Positions 29,581-38,842 of a stretch of DNA of 64,000 nt are shown here, piece by piece. The notes under the pieces are model-generated. The model saw only the letters and a program-made list of their open reading frames with translations, was not told the origin of the DNA and searched no databases. Position 1 is the stretch's first letter; every line of letters starts with the position of its first letter. Source of the DNA: Patescibacteria group bacterium (GTDB taxonomy: Bacteria > Patescibacteriota > Patescibacteriia > Magasanikbacterales > GWA2-37-8); the NCBI GenBank assembly GCA_041649475.1, contig JBAZNA010000001.1:197022-261021 (forward strand), written 5' to 3'. Both the position numbers and the translations under genes were made by a program.

Positions 29581-29922
29581 CTAGCCGGCGGCGGAAGCGG
29601 CGATGGGGGCGATCTTGGGCTGGATGTCGATCACGGGGATCGGCTCGGGCAGACCGTCGAAGCGCTGGCGGAGCCAGTCGATCTCGGGCTCCGAGGCCTC
29701 GCCCATGAAGATCTCGATGTAGAACGTCCCCCTGATGAGGCCCTCGTACTTCAGCTTGAAGCCGGGGATCTCGTCGTCGAAGTCGGCCTTGTGCGGCCTG
29801 TTGACGTACCTGTTGAAGTCGTTGAGCGAGCAGTACCTGACGCTGCCGTCCACGAACTGGATCCGTACGGCCCTTGTCTGCAAGGTCGTGTCCGGGAACG
29901 TCATCAGCTTCTGGATCGGCAT
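29581..29922 (-). CDS. hypothetical protein, compositionally foreign (G+C-rich cassette e)
   Basis: The ORF track extends to 29994 with a TTG start. An internal ATG at 29922 (MPIQKLMTFPD..., 113 aa) is preceded by AAGGAGAGGGAG and is preferred. TTGACA-N17-TACCAT promoter at 30038..30066 (minus) and terminator CTTCCCT-CCCC-AGGGAAG + T7 at about 29470..29500. Confidence 0.45.
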   Translation of the reverse strand: MPIQKLMTFPDTTLQTRAVRIQFVDGSVRYCSLNDFNRYVNRPHKADFDDEIPGFKLKYEGLIRGTFYIEIFMGEASEPEIDWLRQRFDGLPEPIPVIDIQPKIAPIAASAAG

Positions 29923-30082
29923 CTCCCTCTCCTTGGGACTACGAGCTCGTGTGACCATCTTGTTATGCCTCCCTTGTTTCCGTGTTGGGCCCAATGCCCC
30001 TAAACTTGTTGGCCTTGTCCAGGCCGTGATGGGCTAAATGGTATCACAATAATACGATTATGTCAAGAAGAATGGCCAAAAA

Positions 30083-30111
30083 TTGACTAAATGCCAAGAT
30101 AAAGATATAAT
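30083..30111 (+). promoter_or_regulatory. sigma70-like promoter TTGACT-N17-TATAAT upstream of infB
   Basis: Consensus hexamers with 17-nt spacer, 21 nt before the infB ATG; diverges from the cassette e promoter. Confidence 0.5.
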
Positions 30112-30131
30112 ATAGTGTAATTAAATTAGGT

Positions 30132-32156
30132 ATGAATGTCAGTGAATTAGCCAGACAATTACGCGTACATCCGCAGAAACTCCTGCAAATTTTGCCCGAG
30201 TTCGGTTTTGATATTGGTGCGAAAGCAGTGAAGATTGACGACCGTGTAGCCCAACAGATTCAGCGCGATTGGCGAAAAATCAAATATATTATTGATGAAA
30301 GAGAACGCAAGGAGAAAGAAAAGCAGAAGGAACTGGAGAAAGAAGCCAGAAAAAGCACAGGCACTTCTGTGGCCATACCGCAAAAATTGACTGTCCGCGA
30401 ACTGGCTGATGCTTTGCAAATGCCGCCGACAAAACTGATAATGGAACTGATGAAAAATGGCATTCTGGCCACGCAAAATGAAAACATTGATCATGACACA
30501 GCCATGCTTATTGCCCAGGAATTTGGTTTTACCGTGACGGAAAAAACCGAAGACAACCACAAAGAAGACACCCATGTTCAGAATTTGGAAAATATTTTAA
30601 CCAGCGATGCGAGCGGTGAGAACAAAATTGCGCGTCCGCCGGTGGTGGTGGTTATGGGTCATGTTGATCATGGAAAAACAAAATTATTGGACGCGATCAG
30701 AAGCACGAACGTAGTTGATTCCGAGGCCGGAGGCATCACCCAGCATATTGGCGCCTATCAGGTTGTCTGGACCAATCCAAAAACCAAAGAAAAAACTCCG
30801 CTGACATTTATTGACACCCCGGGTCATGAGGCCTTTACGGTCATGCGCAGCCGCGGCGCCAAAGTGGCGGACATTGCCATATTGGTGGTGGCCGCCGATG
30901 ACAGCGTGAAGCCACAAACCATTGAAGCGATAAATATAATGAAGGCGGCCAAACTGTCAATCGTGGTGGCCATTAATAAAATAGATAAAGAAGGCGCTGA
31001 TCCGCAAAAAGTGCGGGTTGATTTGTCTCAACATAATATTATCTCCGAAGAATGGGGCGGCGATGTGCCGATGGTTGAGATTTCCGCCAAGCAGAAATTA
31101 AATATTGATAAATTATTGGATGTTTTACTCTTGGTTGCGGATTTGCATGCCGATGAAATAAAAGCTAACCCGGACAGATCGGCGGCCGGAACCGTGATTG
31201 AGGCCCACGTTGATAAGGGCGAGGGGCCGGTGGCCACAATCTTGGTGCAAACCGGAACTTTAAAAATCAATGATCCGTTGGTGGTAAACGGTGAAATTTA
31301 CGGAAAAGTTAAGGCCATGAGAAATTATAAAGGCGATATTTTGGAAACCGCCGGACCAAGCAACCCGGTTCGTATCCTAGGATTTAAAGTGGCCCCGCAA
31401 GTCGGAGATGTTTTGGATGTCGGCAGTTTTGAAACCGCCACTAACATAAACATAAAAGAAAAAAGATCAAAACAATCCGGAGCCGAACAAGGTTCCGCGT
31501 CCACAGTAGAGGTCACTGCCGAAGGCGAAGAGAAAAAGTTTTTGAATTTGGTGATTAAGGCGGATACTTTGGGGTCGCTTGAAGCCATCATTGGATCACT
31601 GGAAAAAATTAAGAATGACGAAGTGGGCGTGAAGGTAGTGGGGAAGGGTTTGGGCAATATTACCGCCGATGATGTGGCCAAAGCCGAAGCCGCGGGCGGA
31701 ATTATTTGCGGTTTTAATGTCGTGGCTATGCCTAACGCGCAAACCATGATTGCCGACAAAAACATCAGCTTCATGCAATACAAAATTATTTATGATTTGC
31801 TGGATTATATTAAAGAGGAGCTGCAAAAAATGTTAAATCCTGAAAAAATAATAACGGAGCTGGGCGCGGTAAAAATCATAGCTGTTTTTAGAACCGAGAA
31901 AAATTACATGATTGTTGGCGGTCGCGTAACATCCGGCAAACTTCGTAAAGATTGTTTGGTCAAGGTGATACGAAAAGGCGAAGCGGTTGGCGAGGGTAAA
32001 TTATCTCAATTACAAATTGCCAAACAGACGGTAAATGAGGTTGCTGAAGGCAATGAATGCGGAATGCAGTTTGACGGCAAATTACGACTGGAAGCTGGGG
32101 ATGTTTTGGAGGCCTATAAAGAAGAAATCAAAGAGAAAAAATTAATTTTAAATTAA
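30132..32156 (+). CDS. infB: translation initiation factor IF-2
   Basis: GTPase G1 box VVVMGHVDHGKTKLLD and DTPGHEAF, plus the C-terminal beta-barrel domains. Confidence 0.9.
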   Translation: MNVSELARQLRVHPQKLLQILPEFGFDIGAKAVKIDDRVAQQIQRDWRKIKYIIDERERKEKEKQKELEKEARKSTGTSVAIPQKLTVRELADALQMPPTKLIMELMKNGILATQNENIDHDTAMLIAQEFGFTVTEKTEDNHKEDTHVQNLENILTSDASGENKIARPPVVVVMGHVDHGKTKLLDAIRSTNVVDSEAGGITQHIGAYQVVWTNPKTKEKTPLTFIDTPGHEAFTVMRSRGAKVADIAILVVAADDSVKPQTIEAINIMKAAKLSIVVAINKIDKEGADPQKVRVDLSQHNIISEEWGGDVPMVEISAKQKLNIDKLLDVLLLVADLHADEIKANPDRSAAGTVIEAHVDKGEGPVATILVQTGTLKINDPLVVNGEIYGKVKAMRNYKGDILETAGPSNPVRILGFKVAPQVGDVLDVGSFETATNINIKEKRSKQSGAEQGSASTVEVTAEGEEKKFLNLVIKADTLGSLEAIIGSLEKIKNDEVGVKVVGKGLGNITADDVAKAEAAGGIICGFNVVAMPNAQTMIADKNISFMQYKIIYDLLDYIKEELQKMLNPEKIITELGAVKIIAVFRTEKNYMIVGGRVTSGKLRKDCLVKVIRKGEAVGEGKLSQLQIAKQTVNEVAEGNECGMQFDGKLRLEAGDVLEAYKEEIKEKKLILN

Positions 32157-32163
32157 TCTTCAT

Positions 32164-32487
32164 ATGGAGTACGTTTTTAATCAGGCAAATTTTAATGAGG
32201 AGGTTTTACGGTCAAAGGAGCCGGTGTTCGTGGATTTCTGGGCGCCCTGGTGCGGACCTTGCCAGACCATGGGACCGATGGTGGAAGAATTGGCCAAAGA
32301 ATTTGACGGAAAAAATATAAAAATCGGCAAATGCAATGTTGATGAAAACGGCGATATCGCCATGCAGTATAATATAATGAGCATCCCTTCATTTATTGTT
32401 TTTAAAGACGGACAGGTGGTTGATCAGATTGTCGGGGGAGTACAAAAAGAGAAGTTGAAGGAAATGATAGAAAAACAGGTGGGCTAA
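32164..32487 (+). CDS. trxA: thioredoxin
   Basis: WAPWCGPCQ active site; 107 aa. Confidence 0.85.
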   Translation: MEYVFNQANFNEEVLRSKEPVFVDFWAPWCGPCQTMGPMVEELAKEFDGKNIKIGKCNVDENGDIAMQYNIMSIPSFIVFKDGQVVDQIVGGVQKEKLKEMIEKQVG

Positions 32488-32508
32488 AACTTTTACTAAA
32501 ACAAAAGA

Positions 32509-32598
32509 GGGGCATCAGTTGTCTTTGAGCGGGTTTGAGCGCCGCAGCGCTCACCCTGAGCCTCGCGGCGAGGAAAGCGAAAAGATAACTGATGCCCC
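32509..32598. repeat. 90-nt G+C-rich structured element bounded by perfect 12-bp inverted repeats (GGGGCATCAGTT ... AACTGATGCCCC), containing palindrome GAGCGC-CGCA-GCGCTC and hairpin CCTCGC-G-GCGAGG, followed by TTTTG
   Basis: Seen directly between trxA and leuS. May act as a compound terminator or be a small MITE/REP-like element. Confidence 0.4.
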
Positions 32599-32660
32599 TT
32601 TTGTTATAGTTTGATTTTTTCCATAGGATTAGGTAAAATGAATATTGGCTCTACAGTATT

Positions 32661-34979
32661 ATGCAAAAATATAATCCTAAGAAAATTGAGAAAAAATGGC
32701 AGAAGTTTTGGGAAGAAAACAAGACCTTTGAGGTTGCTGAAGAAAAAGCCAAGAATAAATTTTATGCCTTGATTGAGTTTCCGTATCCGAGCGGAGAGGG
32801 TTTGCATGTCGGCCATCCGCGGCCATTTACGGCCATGGATGTGATTGCGCGCAAAAAGAGAATGGAAGGTTTTAATGTTTTGTATCCGATCGGTTTTGAT
32901 TCATTTGGTTTGCCGACGGAAAATTATGCCATAAAGACCGGGAAAGCGCCGCAGGAGGTAACTGAAAAAAATATTGCCAATTTTACGCGCCAGTTAAAAA
33001 TGCTGGGCTACAGTTTTGATTGGTCGCGCGTGATTAATACCTCTGATCCAGAATATTATAAATGGACGCAGTGGCAATTTTTACAATTTTTTAAACACGG
33101 CTTGGCTTATAAAAAGAAAATAGCTATCAATTGGTGTCCGAAAGACAAAATCGGTCTGGCTAATGAAGAAGTGGTTGACGGCAAGTGCGAGCGGTGCGGT
33201 ACGCCGGTTGAAAAAAGGGATAAAGAGCAGTGGATGCTGGCCATCAGAAAATACGCGGATAAATTGTTGGCCGGTTTGAAGGATGTTGATTATATTGAAC
33301 GCGCAAAAATTCAACAGGAAAATTGGATTGGCCGGAGCGAAGGCGCGGAAGTGGATTTCAGTTTAAAAAAACATAAAGAAAAGATAAAAGTTTTTACCAC
33401 CCGGCCGGACACTTTGTTTGGCGCGACCTATATGGTTTTGTCGCCGGAGCATGAGTTGGTGCAGAAACTGAAACCGGAAATAAAAAATTGGAATAAAGTG
33501 GAAAAATATCTTGAAGAGGCCAAAAGAAAATCCGATCTGGAACGTACTGAATTGCAAAAAGAGAAAACTGGGGTTGAACTGCAGGGCATAAAGGCGATTA
33601 ACCCTGTTAATAATGAAGAGATTCCGGTTTGGGTGGCTGATTATGTTTTGACCAGCTATGGTACCGGCGCCATTATGGCCGTGCCGGCGCACGATGAAAG
33701 AGATAGAGAATTTGCGGAAAAGTTTAAGTTGGAAATCAGAGAGATGGTTCCCGAAAATATGGAAAAAATAATGAAATGGCTTGAAGAGAAAGGTGTTGGC
33801 AAGGCCGTTGTTAATTATAAACTTCGCGACTGGGTTTTTTCCCGACAAAGGTATTGGGGCGAGCCGATCCCATTGGTTTATTGTGAACATTGCGGCGGTT
33901 GGATTCCACTTCCCGAAGATCAGCTCCCACTAGAGCTTCCTAAAGTAAAAAAATACGAACCCACTGACACGGGCGAGTCGCCGCTCGCGGCCATGGAAAA
34001 ATGGGTGAACACCAAATGCCCAAAGTGCGGCGGTCCGGCGCGCCGGGAAACCGACACCATGCCCAATTGGGCCGGTTCCAGTTGGTATTTTTTAAGATAT
34101 TGCGATCCGCACAACGACCAAACATTTGCGGCGGCAGATAAATTGAGATATTGGATGCCGGTTGATTGGTATAACGGGGGCATGGAACACGTGGTTTTGC
34201 ATTTATTGTATTCAAGGTTTTGGAATCAGTTTTTATACGATATCGGCGAAGTACCCGCCAGCGAGCCGTATAAGAAACGCACTTCGCACGGTTTGATTTT
34301 AGCCAAAGGCGGCGAAAAAATGTCCAAATCAAAAGGCAATGTGATTAACCCGGATGAGATGGTTGAACAGTTCAGCGCCGACACCTTGCGCGCGTACATA
34401 ATGTTTATGGGTCCTTTTGATCAGGCGGTTGAGTGGGACACCAACGGCCTGGTGGGTGTGCAAAGATTTTTGGAAAAGGTTTGGCAGATGCAGGAAAAAT
34501 TAAGCGCCGAGTCATCGCCCAAACTGGTGGCTTTGCTTCATCAAACCATTGCCAAAGTTTCCGAAGACATTGACGGCATGAGATTTAACACGGCCATCGC
34601 CAAGATGATGGAACTGGTAAATGAAATGGTTGATCGTCAGGCGGTGTCAAAATCGGATTATGAAATTTTAATAAAATTATTATCACCGTTTGCTCCGCAT
34701 CTGGCCAATGAGATTTGGGAACTTTTGGGAAATAAATCCGATTTGGCTTTTGAACCATGGCCAAAATTCAATGCGGCACTGGCCAAAGACAGTGAATTTA
34801 CTTTGGCCGTGCAGGTGAACGGAAAATTGCGGGATGCAATTTTAGTTGATGCCGGAATCTCCGAAGCGGAGGCAAAACAAACCGCCTTAGCCAGCGAGAA
34901 AGTGCAAAAATGGCTGGAAGGAAAGAAACCTAAAAAAGTTATTTACGTCAAAGGCAAGTTAATTAGTATAGTTGTGTAA
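32661..34979 (+). CDS. leuS: leucine--tRNA ligase
   Basis: HVGHPR (HIGH) motif, KMSKSKGN (KMSKS), and an editing-domain insert. Confidence 0.9.
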   Translation: MQKYNPKKIEKKWQKFWEENKTFEVAEEKAKNKFYALIEFPYPSGEGLHVGHPRPFTAMDVIARKKRMEGFNVLYPIGFDSFGLPTENYAIKTGKAPQEVTEKNIANFTRQLKMLGYSFDWSRVINTSDPEYYKWTQWQFLQFFKHGLAYKKKIAINWCPKDKIGLANEEVVDGKCERCGTPVEKRDKEQWMLAIRKYADKLLAGLKDVDYIERAKIQQENWIGRSEGAEVDFSLKKHKEKIKVFTTRPDTLFGATYMVLSPEHELVQKLKPEIKNWNKVEKYLEEAKRKSDLERTELQKEKTGVELQGIKAINPVNNEEIPVWVADYVLTSYGTGAIMAVPAHDERDREFAEKFKLEIREMVPENMEKIMKWLEEKGVGKAVVNYKLRDWVFSRQRYWGEPIPLVYCEHCGGWIPLPEDQLPLELPKVKKYEPTDTGESPLAAMEKWVNTKCPKCGGPARRETDTMPNWAGSSWYFLRYCDPHNDQTFAAADKLRYWMPVDWYNGGMEHVVLHLLYSRFWNQFLYDIGEVPASEPYKKRTSHGLILAKGGEKMSKSKGNVINPDEMVEQFSADTLRAYIMFMGPFDQAVEWDTNGLVGVQRFLEKVWQMQEKLSAESSPKLVALLHQTIAKVSEDIDGMRFNTAIAKMMELVNEMVDRQAVSKSDYEILIKLLSPFAPHLANEIWELLGNKSDLAFEPWPKFNAALAKDSEFTLAVQVNGKLRDAILVDAGISEAEAKQTALASEKVQKWLEGKKPKKVIYVKGKLISIVV

Positions 34980-34984
34980 TTATT

Positions 34985-35389
34985 ATGAATACAGAAATGG
35001 GTTCAGTAGAATCTATTCCAGGTGAAAATAGAAAAGATTTATCCTTAGGGATATCCGACCAGGCAGAAGCTAAGGACTACATTAATAAATTACTGGCGGG
35101 CGGGGTTAAGCCAAAAATTTCAGTGCCAAAGAGATTTTTGGAAAATGTTTTAAAGGAAGGTTCGCTTTCCGCAAAGAAATCATGGATACCAAAATTTTCA
35201 ATTTTAGTGGGGACCTTGAATATTGATCCATATTCATATAGCACAGATAAGGAAAGAGTGATATTTGAAGTGACTAATCCGGAAGTGCCGGTTGAACCGC
35301 GATTTACCGGCAAAGATAAAAAATTTCACGGAATAATATATTTTCCGGAAGGACACATTGATCTAAAAGATTTAAAGAGAGTTAATTAA
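34985..35389 (+). CDS. hypothetical protein
   Basis: 134-aa ORF; no recognisable motif. Confidence 0.35.
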   Translation: MNTEMGSVESIPGENRKDLSLGISDQAEAKDYINKLLAGGVKPKISVPKRFLENVLKEGSLSAKKSWIPKFSILVGTLNIDPYSYSTDKERVIFEVTNPEVPVEPRFTGKDKKFHGIIYFPEGHIDLKDLKRVN

Positions 35390-35392
35390 TTT

Positions 35393-36712
35393 ATGTTACA
35401 GGAGGGGTTAAAGAAAATTGCTGATTCCAAAAGCAAAATGTTTTTTATATTTTGCCTTTGTTTTATTATTGGGGTTGGTATTTTTACTTTTGACGTAAAG
35501 CCGCCCGACTCGCCCAAAAATATAAATTATTATAACGGCAGTCAAATGGAACTCACTGGCTATGTTTCCAGTGAACCGAATATTGGCCTAAGTAATACGC
35601 AATATATTTTAAAGACAAAAACAGGAAAAGTTCTGTTATCCGCGCCTCTTTACCCGCAGTATAATTACGGGGATGAATTGCAAGTAAAATGTATTTTGCA
35701 AGACACCAAAACATATTTGATCGCGCAAGGGGTGTGGTCAATATGCAATAGGCCAAAAATTTTATCAGTTTCAACCGGCACCGGCGGTTCAATTTTAATG
35801 AAAAAGATATTATGGTTTAAAGCAAAAATAAATAAGCAGTTAAATCAGTTGTGGCCCGAACCAGACAGCAGTTTTATGGCCGGATTATTATATGGCAGTA
35901 AAAGCGGCCTGCCTAAAGAACTTTCCGATAATTTTAGCCGCACCGGTGTGACTCACATTATCGCCGTGTCAGGGTTTAATATCAGTATTATTGTCAGTTT
36001 CCTGATGTCTATTTTGATTTTGATTGGATTATACAGACAGCAGGCCTTTTGGGTGGCCGTTTTTGGAATAATTTTATTTGTGATTTTTACCGGCGCCTCG
36101 GCTTCGGTGGTGCGGGCGGCAATTATGGGGATAATTGTTTTATTGAGCCAATATTTGGGCCGGCCGGCGCAGATAGGTAACACGTTGGTATTTACCGCCG
36201 CGCTCATGTCCGCCTTAAACCCTTATGTTTTGATTTGGGATGCCGGTTTTCAGTTGTCATTTTTAGCCACATTGGGTTTGATCTACTTATCGCCGATAGT
36301 TAATTCATATCTGACAAGATTAAAAATTCCTGAATTTATTCTGGAGAATCTCTCCACCACTTTGGCGGCCATTATTGCTACCCTGCCTTTGATTTTGTTT
36401 CAGTTCGGCCGGTTATCCATAGTGGCTCCGCTGGTAAATATCTTAATTTTATGGATAATACCCTGGCTGATGCTTTTTGGGTTTGTTTCTTTGGTCATAA
36501 GTTTTGTGGTTTTTCCTTTAGGACAGGTGGCGGCGTGGATAGCCGGATTGGGGTTGAATTATGTTATAATGGTAGTTAATTGGTTTGGCAATCAATCGTG
36601 GTCGGCCATTGATATACAAATTCCGTTTTGGGCCATGGTTTTGCTCTACATTTTAATTATTTATATTTATGTCAAAAAAAATAAAAGTGCTGTCGTCCGC
36701 AGAGGGGTATAA
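35393..36712 (+). CDS. comEC: ComEC/Rec2 family competence protein (N-terminal DUF4131-like plus competence channel domain only)
   Basis: Polytopic membrane protein with ...LLYGSKSGLPKELSDNFSRTGVTHIIAVSGFNISIIV... competence-domain signature. It lacks the MBL domain, which is encoded separately at 37297. Confidence 0.7.
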   Translation: MLQEGLKKIADSKSKMFFIFCLCFIIGVGIFTFDVKPPDSPKNINYYNGSQMELTGYVSSEPNIGLSNTQYILKTKTGKVLLSAPLYPQYNYGDELQVKCILQDTKTYLIAQGVWSICNRPKILSVSTGTGGSILMKKILWFKAKINKQLNQLWPEPDSSFMAGLLYGSKSGLPKELSDNFSRTGVTHIIAVSGFNISIIVSFLMSILILIGLYRQQAFWVAVFGIILFVIFTGASASVVRAAIMGIIVLLSQYLGRPAQIGNTLVFTAALMSALNPYVLIWDAGFQLSFLATLGLIYLSPIVNSYLTRLKIPEFILENLSTTLAAIIATLPLILFQFGRLSIVAPLVNILILWIIPWLMLFGFVSLVISFVVFPLGQVAAWIAGLGLNYVIMVVNWFGNQSWSAIDIQIPFWAMVLLYILIIYIYVKKNKSAVVRRGV

Positions 36713-37280
36713 TTTAGCAGCCGATTATTACGATGAAAAGGAAAAATATTTAAACAGTTTTGAACAAGGCAAAATTTTGCCGATGCTTGGCGATGTGACC
36801 AATAAAAAGGTCTTGGATGTCGGCGCCGGCACCGGCCGCTTGGCGGTTTACCTGGCCAATAGGGGAGCCGAGGTCACGGCTTTAGATATTTCCGGAAAGA
36901 TGCTGGAAATGATTAAACGCAAACATAAAAAAATAGTCACCAAAATCGGGGATGCGGAAAATTTGCCGTTTAAAGATAGTTCCTTTGATATCGCGGTGGC
37001 GGCCTTTTTAATTGTGCATTTAAAAGATCCGAGGAGATTTTTTGATGAGGTCTATCGGGTTTTAAAAGATGACGGTATTTTTGTTGTCACCAATATCAAC
37101 CAGACAGACCCGCCCCTGGTTAAGACCAAGCAGGGAGAAATTATAATAGAATCCTTTTATCACCGGCCGGAAAAAATCAGGGAAATTCTGGAATCGCTGG
37201 CATTTAAGATAGAAAAGGAAACTTTTATAACACAAGGGGATGATGTTTGGATAAACCAAATTATAGTAGCAAGGAAATAG
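36669..37280 (+). CDS. class I SAM-dependent methyltransferase
   Basis: Motif I VLDVGAGTGRLAVYLA and motif post-I (EVTALDIS). The ORF-track start overlaps the ComEC 3' end; the true start may be an internal Met. Confidence 0.65.
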   Translation: MSKKIKVLSSAEGYNLAADYYDEKEKYLNSFEQGKILPMLGDVTNKKVLDVGAGTGRLAVYLANRGAEVTALDISGKMLEMIKRKHKKIVTKIGDAENLPFKDSSFDIAVAAFLIVHLKDPRRFFDEVYRVLKDDGIFVVTNINQTDPPLVKTKQGEIIIESFYHRPEKIREILESLAFKIEKETFITQGDDVWINQIIVARK

Positions 37281-37296
37281 TTTACTTCATTGGCTT

Positions 37297-38148
37297 ATGA
37301 CAAAAAGGAGGGTTATTTTGTTTTTGTTTGTTATCCTGATAATGATTTTGGTCTTGTTTTTTTATATAAAACTTTCCCGATCCAATCCAAAATTCAGCGT
37401 CACTTTTTTCAACATCGGCCAAGGCGACGCGGCTTTGATTAAATTTAATAACGGTCAAAAAATGTTGGTTGATTGCGGTCCGGACAGAAAAATTTTAGCC
37501 AAACTCGGTGCGGTTCTGCCGTTTTATGACAAAACCATAGATTTTTTATTAATTTCTCATCCGGATGCCGACCATTACGGGGGTTGTGCTGATGTTTTGG
37601 ACAGATATGATGTTAAAAAAATTATTACCAATAGCACAAAAAAAGAAACGGACCCTTATTGGCGATATTTTGACCAAAAAGAAAAACAGGAGGGAGCAAA
37701 GATAAAAATTATGACCGGGCCGGAAGAATGGGTGATTGGTAGTTCAACTTTGGGGTTTTTAAATCCGGACAGCTCGCTCGCTTTGTCTGCCAAGGATGCA
37801 GAAGGGAACAATGCTTCAATTGTTTTTCGCCTGATTAATGACAATGAAAAATTTTTATTTACCGGCGATATGGAGGTTCCGCTTGAAGACGCGCTTGAAC
37901 AAAAGTATTGTTCATCAACCCCGCGTGATTGTCCAGCGCTTAAAGCCGATATTTTAAAAGTCGGCCATCATGGCAGTGATAGTTCTACCGGCCAGAAACT
38001 GCTAAGCGCCACAAATCCCAGAGAAACTATTGTGTCGGTTGGTCAGAACACCTTTGGCCATCCGTCTTTTCGGGTATTAAAAAAGCTGGAACGGGCCAAA
38101 ATAAAGGTGTTGCGCACTGACGAGATTGGTGATATATTTAAGTACTAG
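37297..38148 (+). CDS. MBL-fold metallo-hydrolase (ComEC C-terminal beta-lactamase-like domain as a stand-alone gene)
   Basis: HPDADHYGG metal-binding motif, ...VGHHGSDSS..., and an N-terminal TM helix. Confidence 0.7.
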   Translation: MTKRRVILFLFVILIMILVLFFYIKLSRSNPKFSVTFFNIGQGDAALIKFNNGQKMLVDCGPDRKILAKLGAVLPFYDKTIDFLLISHPDADHYGGCADVLDRYDVKKIITNSTKKETDPYWRYFDQKEKQEGAKIKIMTGPEEWVIGSSTLGFLNPDSSLALSAKDAEGNNASIVFRLINDNEKFLFTGDMEVPLEDALEQKYCSSTPRDCPALKADILKVGHHGSDSSTGQKLLSATNPRETIVSVGQNTFGHPSFRVLKKLERAKIKVLRTDEIGDIFKY

Positions 38149-38154
38149 AGGTAT

Positions 38155-38796
38155 ATGAAAATTAAAAATGTCATTTGTATAATTTTTGTATCCACGTTGG
38201 TTTTTTTACCCAGTCGGCTTGTTTTTGCCGCCAGCACCTCAACTACACCGGTAACGGTTGATTTTGACAATGATGGTTTGGCAGATACCTTGGAGGTTGC
38301 CTTAGGTACTGATCTGCAAAATCCTGATACCGACAGTGATGGCTTTAAAGATGGTAATGAGGTATATAACGGGTTTAATCCTTTGGTGGGTAATAAAGAC
38401 CGGAGCATGCCGCGCAAAGTTGAAGTTGATTTGTCAAAACAGCAGTTGTATTATTATTTGAATGACGTCAAAATTGGTTCAATGCCGGTTTCTACGGGCT
38501 TGCCAAGAATGCCCACGCCAGTCGGAGATTTTAAGGTAATGCGCAAAGTAATGATTATAGATTATATTGGTCCGGGTTATAATCTGCCCAATACCAAGTG
38601 GAATATGGAATTTAAGAGGCATTTTTTCTTGCATGGCGCTTATTGGCATAATCAGTTTGGCATCAGGCCGATGAGCCATGGCTGTGTGAATATTGCCTAT
38701 AAAAATGCCCAAAAACTTTATGCTTTTGTAGATGCTGGCGATGCAGTTAAGATATATGGAAAAACACCCTTAGCAAGCGTTGCTTTAGCAAAATAG
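38155..38796 (+). CDS. L,D-transpeptidase (YkuD domain) with N-terminal Ca-binding TSP3-like D-rich repeats
   Basis: Signal peptide, then DFDNDGLADTLE...DTDSDGFKDGNE, then a catalytic region ending in HGCVN. Confidence 0.65.
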   Translation: MKIKNVICIIFVSTLVFLPSRLVFAASTSTTPVTVDFDNDGLADTLEVALGTDLQNPDTDSDGFKDGNEVYNGFNPLVGNKDRSMPRKVEVDLSKQQLYYYLNDVKIGSMPVSTGLPRMPTPVGDFKVMRKVMIIDYIGPGYNLPNTKWNMEFKRHFFLHGAYWHNQFGIRPMSHGCVNIAYKNAQKLYAFVDAGDAVKIYGKTPLASVALAK

Positions 38797-38842
38797 TTCC
38801 TTTTATGGTATAATATAGACGTTCTAAAATCGCATTTTCTCT

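Noticed and set aside
29418-29708. Arg-rich 96-aa ORF (+) and other frames over cassette e
   Set aside because: Low-complexity, with no translation signals; a GC artefact.
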